A stretch of 63,411 bases of DNA, the filler included, from Octopus bimaculoides (lineage: Eukaryota), in NCBI RefSeq assembly GCF_001194135.2. It is 9 parts of 9 records of this genome, joined end to end, with 100 filler letters (N's around TTAATTAATTAA, not from the genome) between each part and the next. Parts side by side here need not be neighbours in the genome. Positions count along the whole stretch, not along the records: positions 37,427 to 42,047 come from NC_068999.1; positions 42,148 to 46,197 come from NC_069005.1; positions 46,298 to 57,259 come from NC_068982.1; 6 more parts are not named here. One strand, 5' to 3'. Below are positions 39,010-52,410 of this stretch, in pieces; positions within the stretch are counted from its first letter, which is position 1, and every line of letters starts with the position of its first letter. Below the pieces are notes generated by a model. It ran no database searches. It was not told the DNA's origin and was given only the letters and a program-made list of their open reading frames with translations. Both the position numbers and the translations under genes were made by a program.

Positions 39010-40073
39010 GTTTTTCTCTGTTTTTCACTCTCTTCTCCTCACACTCATCTTCTCTCCATCATCTCTACCTCCCCCCTCTCTCTCATTCCTCATTTCTCAT
39101 CTATCATCTTTTTCTATTGTATCTTTGGTTTGGCATGACATAACTTGGCTTGCAGTCAGAGAAACGTTTCTGTTAGAATGGCGGCGAATCATGCGGATTT
39201 TGCTAATTTCATGCAACAAACTACACCGCATACGGCAAGTTTGTTTATTACAGATGCTTCGGAGACAAAACACATCAAAGATATGAAGACATATTTACAA
39301 TATCTAATCTCATCTCATTTTGTTTTTTGTTCTCTTCACATTCTGGTTTTATTTTTCTTCTGCCTCAACTTTCTTATTTAAACTCGACATCCGTCTTCTA
39401 AAACAACAACAACAACATCAACAATAATAATAATAATAATAATAAAAGAACAACAACAGCAACTACATTAGCTGCAGCAACAATTACAACAACACCGATA
39501 TACGGTTCTCTTTGTAGTTATGTTGTATCTACAAGCTGAATAAATATTATCATAAAGAGTGATCGTAGATTTAAACGTTCAAGACATTTAGGCGATTCAC
39601 TCTGATTGTGTAAAATCTTTTAACCTTCCTTATTATATTTACTCATCGTTTTTATTGCTTTTGTTTTTGTCGTTTCGTTCATCTGCTTGCCAATCTTTCT
39701 CAGTGTTACATTGTATTTTGAAATTTATCAAAACAAACACACACAAAAAAAATATATTCAAAAAAAAGAGCTATTGTTTCTTTGCGTACATGCAAGGAAA
39801 GATTTTCTGGTATATTGGCACAACATACAACAAATTTGGATGGCTATCGCTTATTATATATCAACTCACACTTGTTGTACTTTTTTAAGCATGGCTCAAC
39901 ATTGATCCAGCAAACCTACAAGTAAACGCTTTCAAGATGTGTCCAACCTATCTTTTTTTAATAAGATAAAATGCATCCAGACCGACGTTAAACTTTGCCT
40001 GTGCTGCATATCGCATGTGATAGACACGATGTATTTCCCTGATATCCATGTTTGATATACGATACTTATTCCC

Positions 40074-40135
<62 letters not shown>

Positions 40136-40183
40136 CAGTAGTAGTAGTAGTAGTAGTAGTAGCAGTAGTAGTAGTAGTAGTAG
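40074..40183 (+). repeat. (AGT)n microsatellite
   Basis: Directly visible, with two AGC interruptions. Confidence 0.95.
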
Positions 40184-40794
40184 ATTTTGTTACTGTTACT
40201 TTAGTGTAGCTCTCTGAATATCCCTGATTGACGGAAATGCCTAAACTTACATTATCCAGCATAACATATAATACGTTCTTTAAAGGAACGGTTATTAATT
40301 CAGAGATATTATTTATATTTCTACTAGTTCGCTTCTTACCTCGAAGATTTTGGTTTGGTTTGAGGCATGTATATATTACCTATATAACATACTGGCACTT
40401 TTTTTATCCACCGGCACAAGATTGGGTCACGAAGAAAACATCATACAGTAGTAATAGGCGTGGGTCTTTCCGACAACATGCCACCGTTGTCTCACAGTCT
40501 GTATCGAATTACAGAGGAACACGGTGATATCGTCGACTATTTCGCGAAAGACTTGCAAATTCACATCAAAAGAAAATTGAAAAAGGAAGCTTCAGAAAAT
40601 TAACGTGACCAGCACAAAACCAGTTAAATTGGTGCAAAGCAGCCCTGAAAAAAAGTGGAATCCTTAACTTACCTGGGTAACAACATCAATGAAACCGATG
40701 GGATTGCTGTAAGTGTTAGTAAAATAAGATCAGTTTCTGCAATTGAAGATGTGGGGCTTTAGATATCTGACCATAGACAGATATCTAAAGTGTC

Positions 40795-40893
40795 TTCTAC
40801 TATAGCCTCGGGCCGAAGAAGATCTTGTGAGTGAATTTGGTAGACGGGAACTGAAATAATCCCGTGGTATATATACATACAAACATATATATG

Positions 40894-40936
<43 letters not shown>

Positions 40937-40974
40937 ATGTGTGGTTGTGTGTGTGTGTGTGTGTATGTGTGTGC

Positions 40975-41011
<37 letters not shown>

Positions 41012-41215
41012 TGTGTCTGTGTTTGTCCCCCCAACATCGCTTGACAACCGATGCTGGTGTGTTTACATCTCCGTAACCAAGCCATTCCTCAAAAGACACC
41101 GATAGAATAAGTACTAGGCTGAGAAAGAATAAGTCCTGGGGTCGATTTCTTCGACTAAAACACTTTAAGGCAGCGCCCCAGTATGGGCGCAGTTAAATGA
41201 CTGAAACAAATAACA
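40795..41215 (+). mobile_element. SINE family A with expanded internal (TG)n, head missing
   Basis: GTGTCTTCTACTATAGCCTCGGGCCG ... AAATGACTGAAACAA with about 140 bp TG tract inside. Confidence 0.85.
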
Positions 41216-41398
41216 AAATAAAATAAAATATGTGTGCGCGTGTGTGTATGTAAATGTGTGTGAGTCTGTGTGTATGTGTGTGTGCGAGTGAGTATGTATG
41301 TGTGTGAGTGCGTGTGAGCGTGTGCGTATGTGTATGTATGTGGTGTCTCTAATGTGGCGTCTTTTGTATGTATGCATACACGTATGTTGGTATTTGTT

Positions 41399-41435
<37 letters not shown>

Positions 41436-42047
41436 GTGTGTATATAGTCATTGTTTATCGATATATATCATATATCTTACCCGACAAACTTATCGTTTCA
41501 AGGAGTGGGTTATATATAAAATGGTATTTGTCAGTCTTGAGAAGAAACTAATAAATTCTGTGAATAAATAGATATTCCAAAACAAAAGTCTATGACCTTT
41601 AAAATGTCTTCTTTCTTTGTCTAACATTCTTTCTCCGTTTCAGAATAGAAGCAGAGACTGATGGAAAATTATCGTTTTAATATTTCAAAATTTAGCGCAA
41701 ATATGGCTCTGTGATAAGTAGCTCGCTCTGCAACCATGAATTGGTGAGTTCGTTCTGAGAGCACGGCAAGCCTTTTCGATTACTGTCTTTCTTCGACCAT
41801 ATACCCGAGTTTATTGATGTATCCTGAAAGGAATTTGGTAGATGGAAAACTAAAAAACCCGCCAGACATATATATATACTTATATATGTGTGCATGTATA
41901 TACATACACATATATGTATATACATACGTATATATATATATGCACGTATTAATGTATATATATACATGTATCTATCTATCTATTTCTCTCCCTCACTCTC
42001 GCTCCCTCTCTCCCCCTCTATGTATATATATATATATATATATATAT

Positions 42048-42147
42048 NNNNNNNNNNNNNNNNNNNNNNNNNNNNNNNNNNNNNNNNNNNNTTAATTAAT
42101 TAANNNNNNNNNNNNNNNNNNNNNNNNNNNNNNNNNNNNNNNNNNNN
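42048..42147. other. Artificial scaffold-join spacer
   Basis: 44N + TTAATTAATTAA (42092-42103) + 44N. Confidence 0.95.
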
Positions 42148-42260
42148 ATATATATATATATATATATATATAGACATAAGTATAAATACATATATATACG
42201 TATATACTTACGGTTTCGTTGAAGAAAGACGTGCTTTTTCGTTCTCCTGAAACAACCAGA

Positions 42261-42644
42261 AAGGGATTGCATAAATCGACGATAAAATCTGCTAAAACTG
42301 ACAAAAACGTAGAACTTGTTATCTCATAACGGTCTACTATAATATAGTAATTTAAAAAATGTAATACATTACACTAAAAGTTGAATATAGTACATTAAAG
42401 TCAGTGACGCAAGCTAGAGTTATCGTCGAGAAACCACGTGATTACAAGGGATTACTTAAATCGACGAAAAAACCCCTGCTAAAACTGACAAAAACGTAGT
42501 ACTTGTTACTTTATAGCGGTCTACCATAATATATTGATTAAAAGAACAAATAAATCGTAATATATTACACTAAAAGTTTAATATAGTACATTAAAGTCAG
42601 TGACACAAGCTAGAGGTATCGTCGAAAAACCACGTCGTTACAAG
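42261..42644 (+). repeat. Tandem duplication, about 185-200-bp unit x2
   Basis: AAGGGATT...AAATCGACGA...CTGCTAAAACTGACAAAAACGTAG at 42261 and 42446. Confidence 0.9.
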
Positions 42645-42989
42645 TCGTAGTTTTATTTGCATCCGAATGTAAGAAGCAAAAAAGAATTGTTTTTGAAAGA
42701 GAGCAAAGATTTGGAATTTTACCTCTTACGAATAAGTATCCTTTTCATTTGTTTATTTTCTTTTAACTTAAGTAACATTTGAGTTACGACTTAATCTTTG
42801 TTTACTTTCTGAGAATTCTCACTATAATTTTCATTCAACTTTTATTACAGCGACCACTTAGCTTTCATTCTCTTTGAAAACTAGAAATCATTACGAAACC
42901 CCTTTCTTTTCACTATCGTTTCTTTTCTTTTTTTTCACTTTATCTCTTTAGAATTAATTGAATTATAAATTTTGTTTTTCGTTTTCTTA

Positions 42990-43545
42990 CACATCTTCGT
43001 TACCGGCTCCCACTCTCTCTTTCATACCTACCTCTTCCCCTCTCCCTCCCTTTATCTCTCTACACCTACCTCTTTCCCTCTCTCTCTGCCATATCTTACT
43101 CTTTTTCTCATCTCTCTCTCTCCCTTCCATATTTTCCTCTTTTCTCACTTCTCTTTCCTTTCCTTTGTATCTCACATCTTCCTCTCCTCCTGTCACCTCA
43201 CCCTCTCCCTCATATACTTCTTATTTCCCCCTCTTCTCAGTCCGTTTCTGCCTTTCTCTCACATCCTTCATCCTTTCCTGTTTCTCCCTCACTCTGTCTC
43301 TCTTTCTCTTCCCATCCTCTCCATCTCTCTGTCTCTCTTTCTCTTCTTCTCCTCTCCCTCACTCTGTCTCTCTTTCTCTCCCCTTCCTCTTCCACCATCT
43401 GTCTCTCTAACACCCATACTCTCCCTCTTTCCTCATATCACCCTCTCTCTTTCCTTCATATCTCCCTCTCTTTCCCTATTCCCCCTCTGTGTTTCTTCCT
43501 TTCTACCTCCCTCTATCTCTCACTTCCCCTCTATCCTCTACTCCC
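42990..43545 (+). repeat. About 550-bp polypyrimidine (CT-rich) low-complexity tract
   Basis: Almost all C/T on the plus strand. Confidence 0.9.
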
Positions 43546-43910
43546 ACTCTGGGCTTAAAAAATGAAGATGGCACCAAAGTGGGAGGAGAAAGAATTAAAT
43601 CTTCTGTTGCGAGCATGGGCAATTGCTAGTGGCGATCCGCCAAACAACATCATCACTGCTTCTCTGAAAAACAATGGCTTTCACAGAACCATTGACTAGA
43701 TAGAGCGGAAGAAGACTGTAGTTACAAAAATATGTCCTTCTGTTGAAATGAAATTTCAGTAAATTTCTATATCTTTGGGTAGCTGAGGATTGCTCTGCAT
43801 TTTACATTTGATGTAATGTTCGCATTGCTTAAATAAATGGAGTCGCTTGAAACGATCGTACTGCATTAACTTTGGATATCCTTGTTGCTTATTTTGATTA
43901 TATATACATA

Positions 43911-43957
<47 letters not shown>

Positions 43958-44639
43958 GAAAAGATGTTTGCGGGCGGTGAACATAAAAAATTTCATCTTA
44001 CTTGTAAGAACACTATATAATTGTACGACCTAGATGTGGATAATCTCGGACCCAGGTTTCGAACTTTCCAAATTACGTATGTATATATAGATATATACAG
44101 AAAGAAAGAGAGGGAAATAGAGAGAGAGAATGTGTCAGACTGGCTGATATAACCAAACATAGATACGTACGTACACACACACACTTGGATGCATACGCAT
44201 ACGTGTAAGAATTGGTAAATAAAAGCTGCCAGGCGTTCACACAAGAGATCAGACCTAGTGAAAGACCTTTTTTGAAATGTATCTATTTGTGTGTGTGTGT
44301 GCGCGCGCGCGCGCGCTGGATTTCGATACAACCATCGTTCATAGTATTCAACGGAGGATGGAAGTGGGTGGCTGAGCGTCCCTAATGTTTTGACGATAGG
44401 GTATCACATAGACGCTTATACTCATGCACAAATACACGTATTGATACCTATACGTATATACATACATACACTCCTATACACGTGACATTTCTAATGAGCT
44501 TCCACAAAAACGTCCAATACATATGACCGCTGGGTGGGGAGGGCTGGTTTGCACGTGGCTGAGAAACCAGGGCAGTCATTACCACACATCATCCAATGAT
44601 AGCGCTGAAGGGAGAGGGGGAGGGGTAGATAGGTAAGAG

Positions 44640-45545
44640 GGTGACGATGGTGACGTCGATGATGGTGATGACGGTAATAGTGCTTGTAATGTTGAATGTG
44701 ATGTCGGTGATGATGATGATGGTGGTGGTAGTGGTGGTAGTGGTGGTGGTGGTGGTTGTCGTGATGGTGGTAGTGCATATGATGGTGAATGTGATGATAG
44801 TAGTGGTGGAGATGATGACGATGATGATGATGAAGGTGATGACGATGGTGGTGGTGGTGGTGGCGGTGGTGGTGNNNNNNNNNNNNNNNNNNNNNNNNNN
44901 NNNNNNNNNNNNNNNNNNNNNNNNNNNNNNNNNNNNNNNNNNNNNNNNNNNNNNNNNNNNNNNNNNNNNNNNNNNNNNNNNNNNNNNNNNNNNNNNNNNN
45001 NNNNNNNNNNNNNNNNNNNNNNNNNNNNNNNNNNNNNNNNNNNNNNNNNNNNNNNNNNNNNNNNNNNNNNNNNNNNNNNNNNNNNNNNNNNNNNNNNNNN
45101 NNNNNNNNNNNNNNNNNNNNNNNNNNNNNNNNNNNNNNNNNNNNNNNNNNNNNNNNNNNNNNNNNNNNNNNNNNNNNNNNNNNNNNNNNNNNNNNNNNNN
45201 NNNNNNNNNNNNNNNNNNNNNNNNNNNNNNNNNNNNNNNNNNNNNNNNNNNNNNNNNNNNNNNNNNNNNNNNNNNNNNNNNNNNNNNNNNNNNNNNNNNN
45301 NNNNNNNNNNNNNNNNNNNNNNNNNNNNNNNNNNNNNNNNNNNNNNNNNNNNNNNNNNNNNNNNNNNNNNNNNNNNNNNNNNNNNNNNNNNNNNNNNNNN
45401 NNNNNNNNNNNNNNNNNNNNNNNNNNNNNNNNNNNNNNNNNNNNNNNNNNNNNAACCACCACCACCACCACCACCACCACCACCACCACCACACTACTAC
45501 TACTACTACTACTACAATAATGATAATAATAAATAATAATAATAA
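44640..45545 (+). repeat. GAT/GGT and CAC/TAC/TAA low-complexity tracts flanking a gap
   Basis: Directly visible. Similar tracts at 955-1115, 3290-3445, 5775-5905 and 17910-18080. Confidence 0.9.
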
Positions 45546-45667
45546 TCGCTACACCCATCCACCTTCATCATTATCGCGATCGCTATAAAAAAAATTAAAG
45601 GAATATTTCAAAGAGCTCTGAAGTTCTTTTGAAATTAATTATATGAGCTAATAAACCTAGATAATAA

Positions 45668-45700
<33 letters not shown>

Positions 45701-46197
45701 CACACACACACACATATATTAATCAAAATGTATTTATGAATATCTTTGTGTTGGGGTGTGTGCATGTGTGTGTGTACGTGTGCGCATGCGTGCGTGTAAG
45801 TGTATGTGTATGTGAGTGAGTGTGTGTTTGTATACGTGCGTATCCATTTGTCTATCTGTTTGTCCGGCCGTGTGGCAAGAAGCTTGCTTCGCAAGTACAT
45901 GGCATGTTGGGCAAGTGTCTTCTACCATAGCTTCAGGCGGACCAAAGCCTTGTCAGTGGATTTGGTAGACGAAAACTGAAAGAAGCCCAATTACTATTTT
46001 TAAATCTCACAACGTGAAATATTCAGCAACAAGATTCCCTTGTTCGAGTATATAAGGATACAGATCGTGTCGTATAGCCAGCTGGAGACGATGGGGCTAA
46101 ATTACTGCAACATTCGTCCTAAACCTGGATTGTCATGTTATGTTGGCAAACAATCTTTACTGAAAGAAGCTCGTCGTATATATATATATATATATAT

Positions 46198-46297
46198 NNN
46201 NNNNNNNNNNNNNNNNNNNNNNNNNNNNNNNNNNNNNNNNNTTAATTAATTAANNNNNNNNNNNNNNNNNNNNNNNNNNNNNNNNNNNNNNNNNNNN
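46198..46297. other. Artificial scaffold-join spacer
   Basis: 44N + TTAATTAATTAA (46242-46253) + 44N. Confidence 0.95.
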
Positions 46298-46707
46298 ATA
46301 TATATATATATATATATATATACATACATATGCATACATATATACATAGGTGTGTGCGCGTGTTTGTGTATAGTGGCTGTGTGGATAGGGAGCTGGTTCC
46401 GGGCTCAGTCCCACTGCATGGAATCTTGGGCAAGCGTCTTCTACTATATCCTGGGGCCGACTAAGGCCTTATGAGTGTGTACATATATGTAAGTGTGTAT
46501 GTATGTATGTATGTATGTATGTATGTATATATGTATACATGCAGGCGGAAACTGAAAGGAACGCCTCGTGTATATATATATATGTATGTATACGCATCTA
46601 CATATCCATACGTACATATATGTTTATATGTAGTCATCCAACCTACATAGTTTTACTCTTACTTAGATATTCAAATATACATATAGCATGCATATATTAT
46701 TTGCTTT

Positions 46708-46780
<73 letters not shown>

Positions 46781-46781
46781 G

Positions 46782-46814
<33 letters not shown>

Positions 46815-49134
46815 GCTTATATATGCATATGTATGAGTGTGTATACATGCAATCATACGTATATACACGCACACATACACACGTACATATATGTACGCAC
46901 ACAAATAGATTGTATGTGGTAGCTATGAGTGTACCACTTGAATTGTTGACTTCCCGACGACCGTTACTGGGCAACTAACGAAACTTTGCACTCGGTGCTC
47001 ATGTGTCGCTTTAATATAGGAACAAAACGTATAGTTACATTTTTATTCTTTCAACAAAAGTCTATAACCATAATAAAATAATAAATATAATTACCACTAT
47101 AATAAATACTTTCGCTAATGTACTTTATGAAGATCTGTAACTGTGTAACAGCGTAAACTGTTTAATGCGAAGCGCCACCCTAAGTGCACGGGGTCTTATG
47201 TAATTGAATAATCAAAATACTTTTATACCAGTGACAACCATATTAAAACGCAATGATCATCTGACGATCGGGTCATTCACGTCGTACAGTAGTACGCTTG
47301 TAAATCGCATGGATCATGTTAAAAAGAGTTATATCTTCTTTCGTTATTGTTTATTTCATTTACACTAAAAACTGCGTTTGATCACTATATTCGTGTTCAT
47401 CCAGAAAAACTATGGCATTGAATCATGTGATTCTTCGCCGGGGTCGGTCTTTTGTGATAACACATTAATCATGTTCGCCCATAATCTGTTTTACTTGATT
47501 CGCGATCTAGTTTCGACGCCGAACTCAAGCATCACTTCCACAAATTCAACGCGCTGACTTCATGTCATGAATGTTTGCAGGCCATCTAGAGATGTGAACA
47601 AGATTTGATAAAATTTTGGTTTGTACTTAGGTACGTCATTTTAATATCTGGCCTCTTGTCTGTCTTACAGGTTATACGTTGCTCTGTTATTATTACTGTC
47701 GTTCATGTATTTAATACAAGAACGTTATTATTTGTCAAGTAAAAGTCGATTTCAATTTAGAAAAGGTGGGGGTTCTCCTTGAAACAAATAAGAACGGTAT
47801 GTTTAGAACAATAAGATTTCAATTTCTCTTCCAAAGTCTGCATTGTTCAATATATGATTGAAATGCATTGTCAATGGTTGAGCTGAATGTTTGTATTCGA
47901 GTATTTGATTAGGGCTGATAAGGCACACAATTCCACTGTCCTAAACACCAAAGTTACTGTTAACACACTGTGCATGATTGCCAGAAACAATCCTTTTCTA
48001 AATTTCACTCCAAGATGTGCGAAACCTGCAGCTGACTCAGATATTAATTGTAGTATCAAATTTGTGAGAAATATCTAAGATCGACATTACGATTCTGTAT
48101 GTGCAAATATATGATGCTAAGTTTTTGCTGGGTGGCGAACTTTTTAAATCTCTATGAATTTCTCTCAGATATTTGTCAATGCAAACATTATTAAGAGATC
48201 TATCGACATCGAAAGTTCAAATGGCATGCACAAGAAAAAAATAACCATGTAAAAAATAAGACATGAAAAGAAAAATTCTCGATATAAATTTTTTCGACTT
48301 TGACCATGCCATGTTTTATTTGTTCATTACTCTACGATAAGAGTTGAGTTTTACATAAAACGCTTAGAATGAGACCTGGTTTTTCTGTAAGCATTTCTTT
48401 GGAAATAAGTTTTTACACTAATTTTTTTCCCCATTTACCTGCTAAATCTCATTTTCGTCAATATTATTGTACGTCTTGAAATCTGTCTTTGCAAGTCAAA
48501 TAATGTAGTGATAGTGTGAAATGTTTATCTAAAAAAACAAAAGAAATAAAAATAGATGTCAGAGATTCTTCACACATAGAAGTCTTACATAAATGAATAA
48601 CGCAATTTTATCGAATAGTTAACTTTGATATATAACCCTAAGTAGCCGATCACTGCTATTGTTTCGAGTGTTGTAGTATGTATGGAAATCGTGTGAAGTA
48701 GATAACGCTACCATATGAACACCATTGTTTAATATAGCCTATGAATACAAAGCATTTTAAAAGCTTTATAGTGGGCGGTTACATATCATGAAACTAAAAC
48801 ACTGTAATACTAATTAAGCTCCCTATACCTTCATTGTGAATATAGATCGTGAATAATATAGACCCATTAAAATATAAATTGTTACAATTAAGATAACACA
48901 TATGTTTATTGAATTTATTGCAAAATGTACTGTGACATATTTGGTAGACAGAGACGGAAAGAGGCCTGTGGCATGTATGTATGTATGTATGTATGTATGT
49001 ATGTGTGTATATGTGTCTGTGTGTGTGTGTGACTTTATGTCAGTGTTGGTGCTGGGAACATTCCTACTGTTACAACTGAAGACGTGGGCCAATACTATAA
49101 AGCTTATTAATTTAAAAATAACCTTTATATTTAT

Positions 49135-49510
49135 TCTTTTATTCTTTTACTTGTTTCAGTCATTTGACTGTGGCCATGCTGGAGCACCGCTTTTAATCGA
49201 GCACACCGACCCCAGGACTAGTTTTTTGTGAGCCTAGTACTTATTCTATCGGTATCTTTGGCCGAACCGCTAGGTTACGTGGACGTAAACACACCAGCAT
49301 CGGTTGTCAAGCGATGTTGGGGGGTCAAACACACACACATACATATATATACATATATACGACGGGCTTCTTTCAATTTCCACTCACAAGGCTTTGGTCG
49401 TCCCGAGGCTATAGTAAAAGGCACTTGCCCAGCTTGCCACGCAGTGCGACTGAACCAGTAACCGTGTGGCTGGTAAGAAAGCTACTTACCACAAAGCCAC
49501 TCCTGCGCCT
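49135..49510 (-). mobile_element. SINE family A, near full length
   Basis: Colinear with 27526-27933. Confidence 0.88.
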
Positions 49511-52352
49511 ATGTCTAGAAAAAATCTTTTATCGTCTAATTTTTTCAGTCTTTGGACTTCAATCTTGCTGGGGAACAGTCTCGAAGGATTTACGTGAAGA
49601 AATCGTTCTCATTGTAGATTTTAAAGTCATCCCAACGTCTTATCAGACTGAAATAAAAAATAGAATACTTAACTACCATTTATTCATTCAGCCATATATC
49701 CGTCTCTTCTTCAATCACGTTATGCAGTTAGAGTGTAAGGATATTTTTTCTTTAAGATCATTTAAAGTAAATTTATGAAATTTGGATTTTCAGATATCTC
49801 CCTTGGCTATTTGATAAACATAAAACCTGTCAAGTTCTCCAAGCGGTGAACATCATGCATCTGATGCACATACAGGTGCAATGCCTACACTCATAAATTG
49901 AAAATATTACATAAAATGATATGCCATCTTTTACTTCAGAACTCTATGAACAACGTTTCTCTACGCCATCTTTACAGATGCATCATAAGTCTATAAGACT
50001 TTTTAAGTAGAGTGCCATATTTTTCAACTAAAATACAAGAAAAAAAAAAAGATATGAAATTTTAAATGCTGTAGGTATTAAGTACAACTGGTTTCTAAAA
50101 CAGTTAAAATCTAGTCATATGGCTACTAAAAAAAATGAGGGCATGTATAATTATAATTTTATTGATAATTAAAGAAATTAAAGAAGGTCATAATTAGAAA
50201 CATTGTGTGAGTGTGTATGTGTGTATGTGTGCGTGCGTGTACGTGATTGTGTGTATATGAACAAGCTATTGTGCATTCTTCGATTTTCGTGTTCTCGGAT
50301 TGAACCTCAACTCTCAGATAGCGTAAAACTCATAACAAGCACCGTACATGAAATAAAATAAAATTACAGATGTTTGCTTGCGATTCCTATTGAATTTTAA
50401 GCTAATTTCTAATTGTTTCCCAGTTTCTTAGCATAGGAGTGTAGTTTTCCCATAAAAAGAATTCCCATAAAAAGAATTCCCTGTTCCTTTGATTCAATAA
50501 AATATTCCATATATTAACCGAATATTTAGTATAATTTCGTTTTCGCTTCAAACTTTACCCACTTAATCATTGTAGACAGAATCTTTGCGGTATGATTATG
50601 ATTCATCAGTAAAAACTAATTAAAAGTAAATCATTTGCATTTCCTTTGCATTTCATTTGGTAAAAAATCGAAAGCGTATACTGAAAATGAATAGGTTTAG
50701 AAATATTTCACAAAAATATTTGATAAAAACTAACCTGGTTTTAGTTCTTTTCAGATCAGGTATAGAAGAAGATAAATTTATATTGACATATAGATTCTCA
50801 GATAAAAATATTCCAATAATTTTTTACTGATTCTTGTAGCAAGCCAGTTTTCATTAGTGCTGAATTTCATAGAGAAAATTTTCATTATAGTCATTTTGTG
50901 CTCGCGTGCGTATGAAAAAAAAAACCCATGTGCGCTTCTATGTTGGAGTTTCTAGACGAGAATCTCGATCTCTCATGATAGCGCAAAATTCATAGCCACT
51001 GCAGTGTATTAAATAAAGAATTTCTTTTGTTCGATTTCCTTGTGAGGGAGATAATTATAATTTAAAACAAAGTCAATCTAAATTTAATAAATATTATATT
51101 AATGAATCCAAAATGAAAACTGACACCTAGGAATCTCAAGTCGCGAAATGCTATCAAAAGAGCATTATGATCCAGAATTATTTTCCTTCTGCACGACAAG
51201 CTCTTACAAACATATTCAAATATTTTGATATAATACTCGCCTTTATAGTGTATTAACAGAACAAATAATGCCTAAAAAAAAAACAAACAATTTCGAAATC
51301 TCTTATTGATCATGTGTTGACAAAATTCCTCAAAATTTAAAAAGTTTTGAACAATATTTTCGAAACAAAGTAAATTTGGCAGTTACCAAATTCAGCAACC
51401 TAGCGGGTATAATTTTCGATTGTCTCCCCCAAGATTATAAAAAGCCTTGAACTCAGTTTTGAAAGTTATGAAAGCGCTTAACCGTAATCCCTTTGTTAGA
51501 GTTATTTGAAAAATAATCATAGTACCTGTTCATGGCTTGATAGATTAGACGAGTTAGTTATCTTAGCTGCAACAGTACAATTACTATAGCAGACAACTAT
51601 CTTCCGGCCGCTGGACTCACCCACTCATGGTGTCGAAATTTGCATCATCGTAGAATCGTTGTCTTTGTATCAGGTTTAAATACGATATGGTTTTAAATAA
51701 AATGTAGCTATGTACTGTGAATCAACTTACTGCCTTCGCAGTGAGCTTCGGACTAATGCCTGTCTGTAGTTAACCTCACTATTACAAGCAAATATTACTT
51801 GTCCTTTTTATACGTTGTTTTCGTTCCTACTTGCTGCAGTGAAATACAGCGCATCAATTTACATTGAGGTCAACCAAATGAGAATTGTCTTGGATACAGT
51901 GTGATATATCTAGTTGGATACAAAAACAAAAAGCAAAACGAAACAAAAAAGGAACAACAAAAAGCGATAAATCAGAATCACTCGCCACGCTAGCTGCAGC
52001 TCTGGTCCAGAGAAGCTGACCAATAAATCAACAGTATTTGTTTATTTTATAAACCCATTTATATTGGCATCCATTGTAATTTATGAAAGCGTGAATGTAT
52101 TGGTGGAGCTAAATGTTTATTAGAAATTTTCATTTTCATTGAAGTACCTAAATCATAACAATTACACGAACCTCATCTTGTCAGCTTTCCTTTCAGCATA
52201 AAGTCCGATCGTATCATACGCCCGCTGCGGACACACACACATGCTCATACCACAAACACGTACACGCACGCACATACATATATACCTATAGATGTAAATG
52301 AATACGTGTATATACACATCTATCTATGTATCCACTTGTCTCTAGTCTGTTC

Positions 52353-52410
<58 letters not shown>

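Noticed and set aside
38025-41690. Two-exon plus-strand gene end (LLLLNLKPELAKHCPC-T-IEAETDGKLSF*)
   Set aside because: Phase compatibility is easily chance, the first acceptor is just a poly-T run, and the second part is better explained as a Penelope RT fossil.
47631-47670. GTACGT...CTTACAG mini-intron
   Set aside because: Only 40 nt long, with no open flanking exons.
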